Program-made: the position numbers and the translations under genes
Notes under the pieces: generated by a model
The model's input: only the letters and a program-made list of their open reading frames with translations
The model's database searches: none
Told to the model about the DNA's origin: nothing
Shown: in pieces, positions 36,881 to 50,530 of the stretch
How the letters are laid out: every line of letters starts with the position of its first letter
Numbering within the stretch: the first letter of the stretch is position 1
From: Pseudogymnoascus verrucosus
Lineage: Eukaryota
DNA: 64,000 nt
NCBI GenBank assembly: GCA_001662655.1
Contig: KV460249.1
Direction: 5' to 3' (one strand)

Positions 36881-37160
36881 CGTGGCGCATCGATTGTTGT
36901 TGTGTTTGGTGAAGACCGGTTGCGATGGATGGGGGAGTTGAGGTGGACGGTTGACGGATCTAATCAGCCGAGGCTCAGCAGCCTTCCCTGTCAACCCATG
37001 CAGGTGTGCCCGGCCCTAGAACATGACGCGCCGATCAGAGCTTGGGCTTCTGACAGCTCCTCGAAATAAATCGCAACAATTAAATTCAACGACTTTTTAC
37101 CACAACGCGAAGGTGCAGATTACGCTGCTTTCTCAACTGGGACACGTAATGTAGGGGACG

Positions 37161-37715
37161 ATGTCGGGAATAAAGTTAGCAAGCCATATCCATCCATCCA
37201 AAGCTTGGGATAACCGCTAACAATTCACTCTCCCAGAACTCGCATCTCAGACCCTGCGCCCCTCGACTATGAAACTCCTCCCTTTCCATCGCTCTACTGG
37301 CCGTTGGATGCGAGGCCCGGAGTCGCCAGCTATCTCTACTACGTCAAAGACATCTGGCGCTTCACCCTCCTCTGGACGCTCATCTTCTACGCCGCGTTCC
37401 ACATCGCAACCGCTGCACTCGCGGTGTGTATGCAAGTAGGGAAGGGCAGGAATGCCTTTAGATGGGTCTGGAGTATACCGATCGCATATGCTGCGATTGC
37501 GGGGATTGAGGCGGTGCTTGCTGGGAGCATTGTTGGTTTGATGTATGTCTCCCCCGGCTCTGTCTGGTATTTGCTCTGGCTAACAAAGAACCAGATTGGG
37601 CGCGGTTTACGATGCTGGTTACTTCCGCATGTCGACGTGGATACCCCTCGTATGGTCTCTGATCAATGTCTTGGTCTTGATTCTATCGGCCTTCTCTTTT
37701 CAAGGCGCCCTATGA
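37161..37715 (+). CDS. Small integral membrane protein (TMEM170 family), 3 exons
   Basis: The spliced reading gives MSGIK/TRISDPAPLDYETPPFPSLYW..YLYYVKDIWRFTLLWTL..GSIVGLI/LGAVYDAGYFRMSTWIPLVW..FQGAL. Confidence 0.85.
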
Positions 37716-37746
37716 TCTATCTATACTCCTCAAACTCGACTACATC

Positions 37747-38582
37747 TCAGCTACTCGCCGCTTCCGCCTCCTCGGTGTTTGCCAACCTTGGATCCGGAGC
37801 CTTGACTTCGATCTTCTTAAGAACCCTCGCCGGATTCCCCGCAACGACAACGAAGTCAGGAACATCTTTAGTGACCACGCTCCCAGCGCCGATGGTGACC
37901 CCCCTACCAATAGTGATACCGCCAAGCACCGTCACATTACCTCCGAACCAGCAGTCTTCCCCAACAGTAATCGGCGCCCCCAACTCCGGGCCTTGCGTTC
38001 CATTCCGCAGAAACGGATCTAACGGATGGGACGCAGCGAAGAAGGAGCAGTTTGGTCCAATGAGAGTGCGTGCTCCGATGGTGATAGTGCACGTGTCCAG
38101 GAAGGTGCAGTTGAAGTTAATGTAGACGCCCTTTCCAATCCTGGGCAAATATATGTGTTAGTGGGTGGCTCTGAAGGGGAGGAAAGGGGAGACAACGCAC
38201 TTCGTATTGGTGCCATAGTCGACTTTGATGGGACCGTCTACCCATGCATCGTCGTTGAAGAGCTTATCATCCTCCTCTTGCGTGGGTGCTTTGGCGGGGA
38301 GGGGGGTTTTGTCGCCAAGGATACTAGAATATGTTGTTAATACAGACACGTCACCACCCCATGCGAACTGAACTTTTTGATCTGGAATAATATGAATAAA
38401 ACGAAAACCTACTCTCTCCACAGCTCTACCAAGCGGCGTCGGTCAACCTCCCCAGCACTGTTGAAGCGGTCGCAGGCGTGGTGGCAGCGCATCCGTGATG
38501 CCGTGAGACGAGGGGTAAATGCGTAGTAGAGGTCCCCGCGTAACATGTTGGCCAGATTCTCATCTTCATTAATATTCTCCAT
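37747..38582 (-). CDS. Maltose/galactoside O-acetyltransferase (hexapeptide-repeat family), 3 exons
   Basis: NMLRGDLYYAF (Mac domain), VDYGTN, INFNCTFLD, IGPNC..HPLD, ITVGEDCWFGGNVTVL and GAGSVVTKDVP..GNPAR. Confidence 0.93.
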
Positions 38583-39119
38583 TGTCGCTGAAGAGTAAAA
38601 AAAGACGGCCGGTAGAGAGGGACGATGCTGGTTCTGGAATGTAAAGAGATCTATCAGAGGTATAAGTAATATTGGAAGTATTCACAATCTACAATTTATG
38701 ATTTATGATATAATGGTAGGAGGTGGTTCGATGGGATAGTTATAGTCATTGAGGAGTTACACGCGGAGGTACTTACTCGGATTGGTTCCGAGGTGTACGA
38801 GCCACGATTGTTCGACAACTTCAGCCGTACTCGCGTGGTATCTCGTACCTTAATATTGTCTCATCCTTGGCTCAGCCTTGCCATTGTCCTACAACCCCTC
38901 GATCCCAAACCTCAACAACACCCAGCTCGCTCGGACGAGTTGAGCTGCTCCTCACCACTATATAACACAGCTCGTCCAACGGGACAAAGAAGCATGTCCA
39001 CCTGAAATCCCCCAAGACTGCCCCAATTCAATCCTCTCACCACCCACAACCTCACCACTCCTCACCCCACAGCCTCGCAACAAAAAATATCCACCACCAC
39101 GCCACAAACACCCTCAAAA

Positions 39120-40176
39120 ATGGCAACCAGAGTCAACGGCGCCATCAACGGCTCCTCCGCCGTCCCCAACGGCGCTCCCCAGCGCGAACCCACAATCCCC
39201 ATCCTCCCCTCCTCCCCCGCCACCAACCCACTCGCCCAAATCTCCCACGGCGGCCTAGGCCACCCCCCCTCCTTCCCCTCCCTCACCCCCACCCCCCCAG
39301 CCCTAAACGCATACGAGAAGCAATACTACCCCTCCCAGCCCATCTCCCTCTCCGGCATCGCCTCGCGCGCCTTCCTGCTAGGCGCACTCCTCTCCTTCTC
39401 CGCCGCCCTCTCCGCCGTCCTCGCCCTGCAGGGGTCGCCGTTCTGGCGTCCCCCGTTTTTTGCAGCGACGTTGGCGGTGTTTCATTTCCTGGAGTTTTGG
39501 ACGACGGCGAGGTATAATACGAAGGCGGCGCAGGTGAGCAGTTTTTTGCTGAATCAGAATGGGAGTGCGTATACGATTGCGCATGCGGCGGCGATGGCGG
39601 AGTCGACGATCTCGTGTTTGTTGATTACTTTCCCGCCGTCGACTTTCCTCCCGGATTTTATAACAGCTTGGGCACTTCCTGCGCTTCCGGAATGGGTAGG
39701 CACGTTCACCTTAGCAGCTGGGCTCATCCTCGTTCCTGTCGGCCAGCTTGTGCGCAGCCTTGCTATGGTGCAGGCGGGTGGGAATTTCAACCACATCGTG
39801 CAGGCGCGCAAGGCCTCCTCTCATCAACTTGTCACATCGGGGATATACAGTGTTTCTCGGCACCCGAGCTACTTCGGCTTCTTCTGGTGGGGATTGGGCA
39901 CGCAGCTTGTGCTGGGGAATGTTGTTTGTTTTGTGGGGTATGCGGTGGTGTTGTGGGTGTTTTTTAAGAGGAGAATTGCTGGTGAGTTGCTTTTATTCCC
40001 TTCTTTCTGCATTCCCCCTCCCCCGCTACAGTTATGGATAGTTGTGTGGTGAAGATGAGAGGCGGAGGGATGCTAATGCCGTATCAGGAGAGGAAGAATA
40101 CCTAGTCCGCTTCTTCGGCCAGGAGTATCTTGACTACCGCACCCGCACCGCCGTCTGGATCCCCTTCATACGATGA
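39120..40176 (+). CDS. STE14: Protein-S-isoprenylcysteine O-methyltransferase; intron 39982-40087
   Basis: FHFLEF, NFNHIVQ, HQLVTSGIYSVSRHPSYFGFFWW and RRIAG/EEEYLVRFFGQEYLDYR..IPFI. Confidence 0.96.
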
Positions 40177-40677
40177 CAAATTAGCCCATCAGCAGCAGCA
40201 GCAGTCGCCACCACGGCTTGTCAGACAGAGGGCATTCCGGGACTTGGGATTCTGATGCAGAAGTGGGAGGGTGCGTAGTTTCCGGTTTTAAAGGGGGGAA
40301 AGGGGAGGGTGCCCATATGGCGTTTTGGGTATGGGGATCTTATTTCTGGAGGAGTGGAGGGATAGGGGAAGGGGACGATGTCTCGATAGGAGAATGTAAT
40401 ACTCGCATGTAAGAGCCCATTAATATAAATAATTTTTCATTCACAGCCGCTCTCGTATGTATGATCAACGAATACTGGCCTAGTCTGCATACAGCTTTCA
40501 TCACAATGATAGGGACATTACTGTGAACGTATATGCTTTTCTGTCCATTTTGATTCAGTTCATCATGCATAATTGCGCCCGCCTGGTATACAAAGCCAGC
40601 TCCCGCCTCCAATAACAACAAAAAAAAATGATAGCAGCAAAAAAGACCGTGTAGACTGTGTTTTCCTCCTCCTCTCC

Positions 40678-40723
40678 CACCAGCACCACCAGCACCACCA
40701 CCACAACCACCACAACCACCACA
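40678..40723. repeat. Imperfect (CCA)n microsatellite in the lectin 3' region
   Basis: ccaccagcaccaccagcaccaccaccacaaccaccacaaccaccaca. Confidence 0.8.
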
Positions 40724-40776
40724 CATCACCCCCCTCCCCCTCCCCTTTGTGCAAACCCCACCCTATCACGCACCCC

Positions 40777-42066
40777 CTAGAAGCGGTGACTCCTCTTATT
40801 CTGCGTCCTCCACGCCGTATACCCCACATACGCCCCCCCCACCACCGCAAAGAAAGCAACCACCTTAAACAAGAACCACCCCCACCCGCCACCCCCACTC
40901 TTCTTCGCCGCACTCCCAAACTTCCCCTTATCCTTCTTCCCCAACTGCTCCTTCTGCGGCACCGACGACGATGCGCCGACTGTATACAGATTCTTCGTCG
41001 TCACGCTGACAATATCATGGTTATCGCTCAACTCCCCCGTCTCCGCGCTGAACCCCAGATACGCGACAGAAGGCAGCATCGGTGGCTCCGTCTTCTCGAA
41101 ACAGAGGATCCATTCATCCTCCGCCTTGTACTGGAGATCCAACCTCAGGAACTTATCCTGGAAGTACTTCAATCGCGCCTTAGTGGGGACAGAGGCGCCG
41201 CGGATGCCCCGAGCAGAGCAGCCGGCGTATTCGTTCGCCTTGCCGTCGTGCGCTTTGTCGTAGGGCGTGGTGCCGTCGCCGATCATGGCCATGACGTAGG
41301 GGAAGACGGTGCCGGGACGGTTGTTCTTGTAGGTGTCGATGAAGATCCCCAGGCCTTCGAAGTTGTCGGTTGAGCCGAAGACGGGGCCGGGGGTGTTGCG
41401 TTGGCGGGTGAGCCACATGGCCATGCCGTCGCCGTGGAGGTTGCCGGCGCCGTCGATGGTGAATTCGAATTCGATCTGGGGTGGGGTGTTAGAGGGGGGG
41501 TGTGTGTGTGACGGGGTGGTGAGGGAGGGTAGGGGGGTAGGAGGGGGAAAGTGCGCATACCTCCCAGTTCGTGGCGGTTAATGGGACGCGCGACCAGATC
41601 CAGCCTTCCCTCGAGGGACGATCCGAGGTCAATCGCACATATCTACTTCCGTATCAGCATACTGCCACATCCACAAGCCACCAGAATTCCCATCATCCCA
41701 TCCCCAGCGCAGAGAAGTAAGTAAGGCCACGTACTTATCAGTCCTAATAATCGTATCCCCCCCAAAATCCCACCACCGACTCTGCATATCGGTATCCAGG
41801 TACGGCTATCCTGCGTTAGCTTCCCTCCCGTAAAACCCATCCCTCCAATCCCTCATCTCTCCAAAAGACGTACCGCGGTCAGTGAATGCGTGCGCAGCTA
41901 TCGTAAGGTGTCAGTTACAGCTGTCTGTCTCAAGCTAGTTTCTAGCTATCTAGATGGATGGCATGCCACGAACCGGAATCGACCGCACCTCCTCAACAGG
42001 CGGCGTCTTCTCGCCCATCACGCTGACAGCAAGCCATGCGGCCGCGAGCTTCGTCGAGAACCTCAT
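40777..42066 (-). CDS. L-type lectin cargo receptor (VIP36/LMAN2/Emp47-like), many short exons
   Basis: Signal peptide MRFSTKLAAAW, then LRTHSL, WWDFGGDTII, GDGMAMW, GLGIFIDTYKN and YLGFSAETGELSDNHDI, with a C-terminal TM helix and KRSHRF tail. Confidence 0.93.
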
Positions 42067-42549
42067 GACGCTTGTCGCTGTCTCAGCAGCAGCCTAGCTT
42101 CCCTCGTGTCACAAAAGAAAGGACGATATAAAAAATGAAACAAGCTCTGAGCGCAACAGAGAATGTCAATCGGTCGCAGACCGACTCAATGAATTGTTAC
42201 GGGCGTGGCGGGTGGAAAACTGATTTCTGATAGTCGGGTGCGAGCTCAACTGACAGCTATATGCGCTTTCTCTCCCACGCGATACCTGGCCTCTCTGGTC
42301 GTTTGGGTCTGGGGTCGGCGGTTGGCGTGGGTTGCGGGCGCACTGACCGCGGCTAGGGCGAAGTGGGTGGGCGCATCATTGGTTGTGGAAACAATTTTTG
42401 GCTCCGTGGGTGTACCTGTTTAGATATATCTACGACACTGCAAACACAAACACAAACTGTTACTTCTACAACGAAACGATTATCACGAGCTTTTTCGACC
42501 CTCAATTAAGGTTCTAATATTGTAATACGCACACACATATCTTTTCATC

Positions 42550-42980
42550 ATGTCGATCGATAATGTCGGAGCCTCGTTCGGTATCTCGGGCAGCGACCCG
42601 AAGACGGCGTTGATGAACCAAGTTCGTCAAGAAGCCGCATTGAACAACGCCAGGCAGCTGATCGAGGTATGTCTATACCCCCCTCCTCCGTCCCTCATTC
42701 CCTCCTCCTCCTTCCCTTCCCCCAATCCCCTTCCCCCTTCTTCCAATCCCCCCAATCCCTCACCCCCCATACACCACAGCTAACCCCCAACCAGAAACTC
42801 AACGAACACTGCTTCGCCAAGTGCATCCCAAAGCCCGGCTCCTCCTTCAGCAGCGGCGAGCAGCAATGCTTCACACAGTGCATGGAGAAATACATGTCAG
42901 CCTGGAACACGGTTAGCCAGCAGTATATCGCGCGGGTCCAGCAGGAGGGCGCGAAGAATGCGGGTGGGGGGATGTTTTAG
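42550..42980 (+). CDS. TIM13: Mitochondrial small Tim chaperone; intron 42667-42794
   Basis: QVRQEAALNNARQLIE/KLNEHCFAKC..CFTQCMEKYMSAWNTVS, a twin CX3C motif. Confidence 0.95.
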
Positions 42981-43352
42981 ATGATGGGGGTTTTTGGGCC
43001 ATTCGTCGGGGGATTGAAGAGAAGGGGGGGTGTATTATTACCAAAAGATTGATGGATGGGTGTATGATTGCGGGGGTGGGAAGGGGGTTGTGTGTACTTT
43101 TACAATATTATGAGGGAGGAGAAACGGATACACTAGAAGGGTGTGAATATCTCCAGATACAAGAAAGGGTGGGATCAATAGATTGATTGTAACGCCATGG
43201 TATCTAACGCCGCAGATGTGATGTACATAACAACACTACCATCGTTGTCTGTATCTCCTTTTGCCAGCCCACCGCCACCCACTATCCTCCCTTCAAAAAC
43301 ACTTTCCAACTAGCAACCTATATTAATACACCGCCCCCCCCCCCCAAACTAA

Positions 43353-45585
43353 CTACCTAGCACGCGTATACTTCCCCTTCCTCTGCTCCATCTGCAAACT
43401 CTCCTGCTGACTTGGCAACGGCCCACGCTTCCTTATCCCCGCAGCACCCGCCTCCTCAGCACTCTGCGGCGCAAACCCAGGTATTGGCGGCGGCACGCCT
43501 CCAAGCCCAGGAGGAAGTCCCGGCATACCCGCCATCCCCGGTGGAGGCGGTGGGAATCCAGGTGGGAGCGTGAATCCCGGCGGTAACAAGCCAGGCGGCA
43601 AGATGCCCGGTGGAGGGGGAGGGAATTGCCCGCCCTGCCCTGGGGGAGGTGGAGGCGGGATACCAGCTTTCTTCATCATAGCTGTGAGTGTAGCTAGATC
43701 GGGGGGGTTATTCGGGTCCATTGGTGGAGGCGGTGGGAGGTTGCCGCTCAGTCCCGGTAGACCAGAGAGGTTAAATGGTAGTTGCGGGGGAGGCGCGACA
43801 GCGCCCATACCAGGGATCATTGATTGGGATCCAGGGAGTGGTAGGCCGGGGATACCTGGGAATCCAGGTATCTTAGCAGGCATTTTCTGGTCCTCCAGAC
43901 CATCCATTTCATCTTCCATCTCCTGCTCCTCATCCTCCTGGCGCTTCTGCCTCCAGTTTCTGCGATCCCACGTCCCCTCCGCCTCCGCGGCCGCCTCGCC
44001 GATATGGTAACGGTCTTTAAAGACTGTCGAATCGCCTGGGCGCGCGCGCGTCCAGAAACGTGTGAGCCTATCGTTGGAGCCCGAGGCGAGGATGTGGCCG
44101 AGCGGGTGCCAGTCCAGGGACCAGATGGCGAAGTCGTGGGCGAAGGGGATTTTGTGGGCGGGGTGGATGGTTTGCGACGGCGCCGTGGCCGGGTCAGGAC
44201 TATCACATACGGCGGTTGAGGGCATGGTGCCTGCGGGTGTGTGGGGTTCGTCGAGGAGGTAGTGGAAAAGGGACCCGTCGGAGCCGCCGGTGCTGAGGAG
44301 ATTGGAGTGGATGGGATGCCAGGTTATGGTTGAGATGTCTTTTTCGTGGCCTTTGAGGAGGCAGATGTCGCGCATCATTCGTAAATCGAAGACGCGGGCT
44401 GTTTGGTCTCGTGCGGAGGTAGCGAGACATAATCCACGTACGCGTTCGAAGAGGGTCTTGGTGATGGTGTTTTTGTGGCCGTGGAGGGTGGTTAGGCAGC
44501 GGCTTGTTCGGGGATCCCATAGCTTTACTAAATGATCTTTGGACCCGGAAACGATCAGGCCCTTGGTTGGATGCCAGTCGACGCTCTTGGCGTCCCATCC
44601 GTGGCCAGTAATGGTCGACTCTTCAACTCCCCCTGCAAAATCAAAGATCTTAAGAGTTGAGTCGTCTGAAGCTGTGACAAACTTGGAATCGTTCGGGCTG
44701 AAGGCCATATCTCTGATGGGGTCGCCGTGGCCCTGAATAACCTTGACGTTGTTGAAGTTGGGCTGCCAGTATTTGATAATACCATCATGATCAGCCGAGA
44801 TCAGCCAGTCGCCGTTATGTGAGTATGACAGCGCCCTGATGGCAACGTCGTGAGCCTGCTGGATGGTCTCGAAGTTGAACCCCGTGCCGTTCCATAACGT
44901 GAATTCACCGCTGCTGGATGCAGTCAACAACCTGCGGCCTTCTGGCGTCCAGCGCACAACGTTCACTGGATGCTTGATCTTGTTTAAGGAGGAATGTAGA
45001 TGATGAGCGGGTATAGTATCAGCAGCCTTGTCTATCCTGGCAAGGGGAGGAAGCATCTGAGATTGTCAGTACGCGTCACGTGTCATCGACAATGACCTGT
45101 TGATGCAACGGGTACTCACATCGACGATGTAGCTGGGACTCGGCCTCTCCATCTCTCCTTGGAGGCGTGCCTTGTAGCGTGGCTGGCGGTTTTGCATCCA
45201 ATGGACCATCGTCGCGCCGTAGTCTGTGACGGGACCTGGGTTGTATTGTCAGTTGTATGTTCATCGTAGTGCAAGACTGTGAAATAGAGAGTAGACAAGG
45301 ATGTGAAGTAAAACTCGGTGCCTTCGAGGAAGATATGCGCATAGCCAAGAACAACGGATGGCAGCATGCAAGTGCGGCCGATGGATGAGAACTGAAAAGG
45401 AACGTATATTGAGTTGAGAATCATAGCAACTCACGTCGTCCACGTCCTCTCCCAAAGCCACCACCTTCATAGCCACCACCTCCTCCACCCTCATCTCCCC
45501 CTCCACCGCCTCCCCCTCTGCCTCCTCCTCCTCTACCACCACCACCACCTCCATAGTCACGCTCCCCACGCTGTTCGTACGCCAT
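43353..45585 (-). CDS. PFS2: Polyadenylation factor subunit 2 (WDR33 orthologue); 2 introns
   Basis: Gly/RGG-rich N-terminus, [38 protein letters not shown]40 repeats, [22 protein letters not shown] and a Pro-rich tail. Confidence 0.96.
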
Positions 45586-46587
45586 GGTGATCTAGGTCGT
45601 TCGTCGAGGTTATTACCGCATGGCTGGCCAGAACGGAGCTTCTCTCTTCTTCTCTGATTCACCGTCCTCGAGTGAAGCTAGCCTGTCTGAAGTAGTCGAT
45701 TCCCTTTGATGCAAAATATATATATATATAGTTTAGATAGGTCACGAGATCTCAGTCGTAGGTTTTCTGGGGTTCCATTGGGGGAATTTCCGCTCTGGGA
45801 TTGATTGCTATGTATGGCAGTCGATGGGGTCGCGACAAGGCCGGAACGGAACAATGTATTGACCGAGACGACAAGGTATAGCGGAAGTATCTCTGTCGGG
45901 AGTTACTAAATTTACAATTTTCACACATTGGAGAAGTAGTCTGAACCCACTGTCTCATGCAAATGCCAAGGTACCGCGGTACAAAAATACCTCCAACGTA
46001 CATGGATATCACTCGGTGCTGCCATGGCATGCCATGTTCTCCAACTTGGCGTAGTATTGGCCCATTTAGCTCATTCGGCCTTCTCAAGACAATTGATAAT
46101 TGATATTGAAACAATCTTACCATGTGCAGCATGGTTAGCTATTGCAATAGTATGGTTCTATATGGGTTTATATTATAAATACTGTATCTATCTAGCTACC
46201 TGCATACGCCATCTATCTCACTTATTTCGACTGTTTCGGTTTCTTGCATACACGTTTTCTATACATGATGCAGGAAACGGCAGGAACCCAAGCAGGGAAT
46301 AGATAACGAAATACTTACGAGGGGCGAAAAAGCCCAGCCCTTGTCCATGTTTACATATCCCCACCTTCGTCTTCCCCCTCCTCCTCCACTTCTTCCCCAA
46401 TTCGATATCCTTCCTATCTCTCCCGATCCTTGATCCTTCCCCCTCGAGTCTAGATTTTCTATTTTCTATTTTCTACATAATAAGTCTCACAAGCTTGTCG
46501 ATGATCTCTTGCCCATCGTATATATACTCCATATACATGGCCCGTCAAACACAGTCCTGATATGAAAACCCCCCCCACGAGCCGACA

Positions 46588-48256
46588 ATGGCCACAGCTG
46601 TGAATACCAGGACGACGACCGTCAACTCGACCCTCACCCAGCGATCAGCTCGTTCCAATGGCCGCGCTCAGAGTGCGCAGACCCCACTCAACTCGGCCAG
46701 TGTCCCAGCCATCGACGTGCCAGAGGTCAGTCGGCGTCTGCGCATAAAGAAGAAATACAGACATGTGGCAGCTGTCCACTCGCGCCCCCAGAACACCGTC
46801 CTCAGCCATGACGCAGCCGAGGTCCCCAGTTTCCTCGGATTCAGAAATCTGATGGTCATCGTGCTTGGTGAGTGATTCTGCTGCCAGAGAATCTAGAGAA
46901 GAAGACCTATCTAACAGCTTGTGTTCACCAGTCGTCGGAAACCTGCGCTTGATGATTGAAAACTTCAACAAGGTATGTTCTGCCACTCTCCAACAACCAA
47001 AATGATAATCGCGCTGACCACCACCCCCCCAGTACGGAGTTCTCATCTGCCTCCGATGCCACAACTACAAACGCCACGACGTCTTTATCGGCGCCACCCT
47101 CCTCCTCATAATCCCCTGCCACCTCTTCGCCGCCTACATCATCGAGCTCGCCGCCGCCAAGCACGCCAAACGCCAGCTCGCAGCCAGTAACCCCCGCTCC
47201 GGCGCCGAAACACCCACCCCCACCGAAGCCGAGCGCAAGAAGTTCAACACAGCCTGGGAGCTGATCGCCTGGCTGCACGGTCTCAACGCGACCCTCTGCC
47301 TCCTCATCACCTCCGTCGTCGTATACAACTACATCCACCACCCCCTCATCGGCACTCTCTCCGAAGTCCACGCCATCATCGTCTGGCTCAAGACCGCCTC
47401 CTACGCCTTCACCAACCGCGACCTGCGCCATGCGTACCTCCACCCCTCTAAGCGCATCGAAGATGCCCTGCCAGACATCTACCTGCAGTGCCCCTACCCG
47501 CAGAACATCTCCCTCTCCAATCTAACCTACTTCTGGTGGGCACCCACCCTCGTCTACCAACCCGTCTACCCCCGCTCCCCCCGCATCCGATGGTCCTTCG
47601 TCGCCAAGCGTCTCGCCGAAGTCTTCGGTCTCTCTGTCTTCATCTGGGTAGCAAGCGCGCAATACGCCGCGCCCCTCCTGCGGAACTCGCTCGACAAAAT
47701 GGCTTCCCTGGAACTAATCTCCATCCTCGAGCGGCTCATGAAACTCTCCACCATCTCCCTCGTCGTCTGGCTCGCCGGCTTCTTCGCGCTCTTCCAATCC
47801 TTCCTCAATGCCCTCGCCGAAGTCACCCGCTTCGGTGACCGCGACTTCTACAGCGATTGGTGGAACTCCGATAGCGTCGGCGCGTACTGGCGCACGTGGA
47901 ATAAACCCGTCTACCAATTCATGAAGCGCCACGTCTTCTCTCCCCTCATCGGACGCGGATGGTCCCCCTGGGCTGCCTCAGTCGCCGTCTTCGCGCTGTC
48001 AGCAGTGCTGCATGAACTCCTCGTGGGCGTGCCGACGCATAACATCATTGGTGTTGCGGCGCTGGGGATGCTGGCTCAACTGCCGCTTATTAAGCTCACG
48101 GCGCCGTTTGAGAGGGCTGGGGGGCATTATGGGAAGTTGGTGGGGAATACGGTGTTTTGGGTTAGTTTTGTGTTGATTGGGCAGCCGCTGGCGGCGTTGT
48201 TGTATTTTTTTGCGTGGGAGGCGAAGTATGGGAGTCATTTGAAGGGGAGGGTGTGA
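46588..48256 (+). CDS. MBOAT acyltransferase, DGAT1-type (diacylglycerol/sterol O-acyltransferase); 2 introns
   Basis: SFLGFRNL, NLRLMIEN, WLKTASYA, YPQNI, APTLVYQ, FGDRDFYSDWWN, WNKPV and catalytic His in SAVLHELLVG. Confidence 0.93.
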
Positions 48257-48697
48257 AGGGCTGGGGACTCGGATGTTGATGGGTGGAGGTATATAGATGT
48301 AGTGATAGGAGTTGAAAACTGGGTCTGGGTTCTTCTTTTAGGATATAGCGTTATTGGGCTGTTAATATGGGAGGCTGGTTTTGATTTGATAGCAATGCAT
48401 GGAATTGCCCATCGTGAAGATGATTGCAGATATATCAAATGGCAAACATGTGGGTTTTTACAGATGAGTGGAGTGTGCACCGTATGGTATAAACCTCTAT
48501 TTCCAAGACCAAAACTATCCATCAGTTCAGCCAATAGCCAATGTAAATGCAACTGCTATGCAAGAAAGTAACGCCTCATCATCCCAAAACACCCTATCCC
48601 CCTCCCCTCCCAAAACCAAGAACCAAGCACTCCCTCCATATCAAATCCGTTCCATTCATATCAAGTCCATACCCAAAATAACTCCATCCCCACCCGC

Positions 48698-50116
48698 TCA
48701 CACAGCAGCAAAACTCAACAAACTCCCCGCCGTCAACCCCGCCACAAGATTAAACCCCATAAACGCCCCCGCCGCCTCCCTCTCCTCCTCTTCCACCGCC
48801 CCGGTAGCCCCCATCATAGCACTACTCGCCAACCACCCATTCGTGAGCCCGAAACCGAGCTGCACGATTAGGAGATAGAATAAATCGCTCTGCACCCACG
48901 CGCCGCGGCCGGAGACGTTGCTTAGTGCGTAGAGCGGGAGGAAGGCTGCGCGAGCGAGGGAGACTGCGAAGAGAGAGCGTGGTCGGTGGGGGAGGGAGGA
49001 AGTGAACAGCGTAGACAACCGACCCAGCAAATCCCCCGTATTCCAGATCAAGAAAGCGAGAGGGATGAAAATCGGTGCATGCAAGTACCTTGGCGTAGGA
49101 GCGGGATGCACGCTAATGATCTGCGCTGTGTAGACGGGGAAGAACATCGTGAGTGTGAAGCAGAGGAAGATGGAAGCGGAGTAGAAGGGCAGTTGCCGGT
49201 AGAGGGCTGGCATGGACATTACTTTCCTCGCCGGTGCCGCGGGGGTGGGCGAGGTAGGTGTTGGGGTGTGTCGGCGCGCGAGGGGGGTGAAGGCGAGGAG
49301 GGTGATGACGGCGACAAAGGTGGCGGTGAGGAAGTAGAGGAATGCTGATGTTGAGCTTGTTTGCGGTGGTGGGACCGCGGGAGGTGTGTTGTCGGTGGAT
49401 GAGGGTTCTTCGGGGACGGCGAGGACGGAGACGATTTGTGCGATGCTGGGGAGTACGCCGGCGACTGCTTGGCCCGTCATGATGGCTTGCATGTAACTCG
49501 GATGCGCGAAGGTGGCTACGAACGCCAACGCCCCGTTTTGGAGCAGCCCTGTTGCTGTACTAGTCGCTAACACGGTGGCGAGGACGAAAGCGAAGTACAC
49601 CCCTGGAGACACGGTGACGAAGAAGATAGTTGATAGAGCGAGGATTGTGAAGACGACTATGTCGATTATGAGAGCCAAAATGATGCGGCGCGGGTAGGAA
49701 GCTCCGGCTTGCAGGTTCGTGAGGAGGAACATGGATGCCAAGTTGGCGGTGGTGGCGACGGTTAGGATGGAGGATTGGTAGTTGACGAGGATCCAGGGAC
49801 TGCCTTGAAAGCGGGTTGCGAAGTAGGTTGCGGCAGCTAGGAACATGTTCCTATACACAGATGTCAGTTGGTGATCGCGGACGCCCGGTAGGTCGGATGA
49901 AGCTTACCATGCCCACAGCATCGCGACTCCGAGAATCAGGAATACAGTGTATTCCACCCACGAGAACGGCTTCTCTTCAAGTGCCAGTGCCTCTTGTAGT
50001 GTAATATCATCGGCGCCACCCTCCTCATCCTCCCTCCCAACAAGCTGTTCATACTCATCCCCCCGCACCTTCTGACTCCGCAGAGTCGCCCGAAGGCGTT
50101 CAATGACAGCGTTCAT
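48698..50116 (-). CDS. Equilibrative nucleoside transporter (Fun26-like); intron ~49851-49907
   Basis: FLILGVAMLWAW/NMFLAA, MTGQAVAG, WNTGDLLGR and FGLTNGW; multiple TM helices. Confidence 0.93.
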
Positions 50117-50530
50117 AACGAACAAGGTAGACCGATTCGGCCTCTCGAAGCTTCACCAATGTATCATAGACTCCAAAAAACCACTGATCCAAAAGGTGGC
50201 GGTGGTAGATGTAGGGTTGATGGGTGGATTGTTGTGTTGCTGTTTGTCGGTGTTGGTGTCACAGGGTGAACCCCAATTCACCTGGCTGGATGGCTAAAGG
50301 CACGCCCTCGCCTATCCCTACCCTTATCTCCAGCCGCCCCACCGCGCGCCACCACGCCGGGCCATCCCGCATAAGCGCGTCAACCGCTATCCCCTGTTGA
50401 TATCAAAATAGGCACGTGACCTGTAAATTACTAGTATCATAATGGGCTTCCGATTATTATATTTCTCCGGATCTTCAAAGCCTACTGCTATCTCTGAACT
50501 AGTCTAGGCCCTCCGGAGAAAGCAGCTCTG

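Noticed and set aside
25417..48256. Secondary-metabolite or lipid gene cluster (KAS, acetyltransferase, methyltransferase, acyltransferase)
   Set aside because: Each gene is a recognisable housekeeping orthologue interspersed with unrelated genes. There is no PKS, NRPS or terpene backbone gene and no cluster transcription factor.
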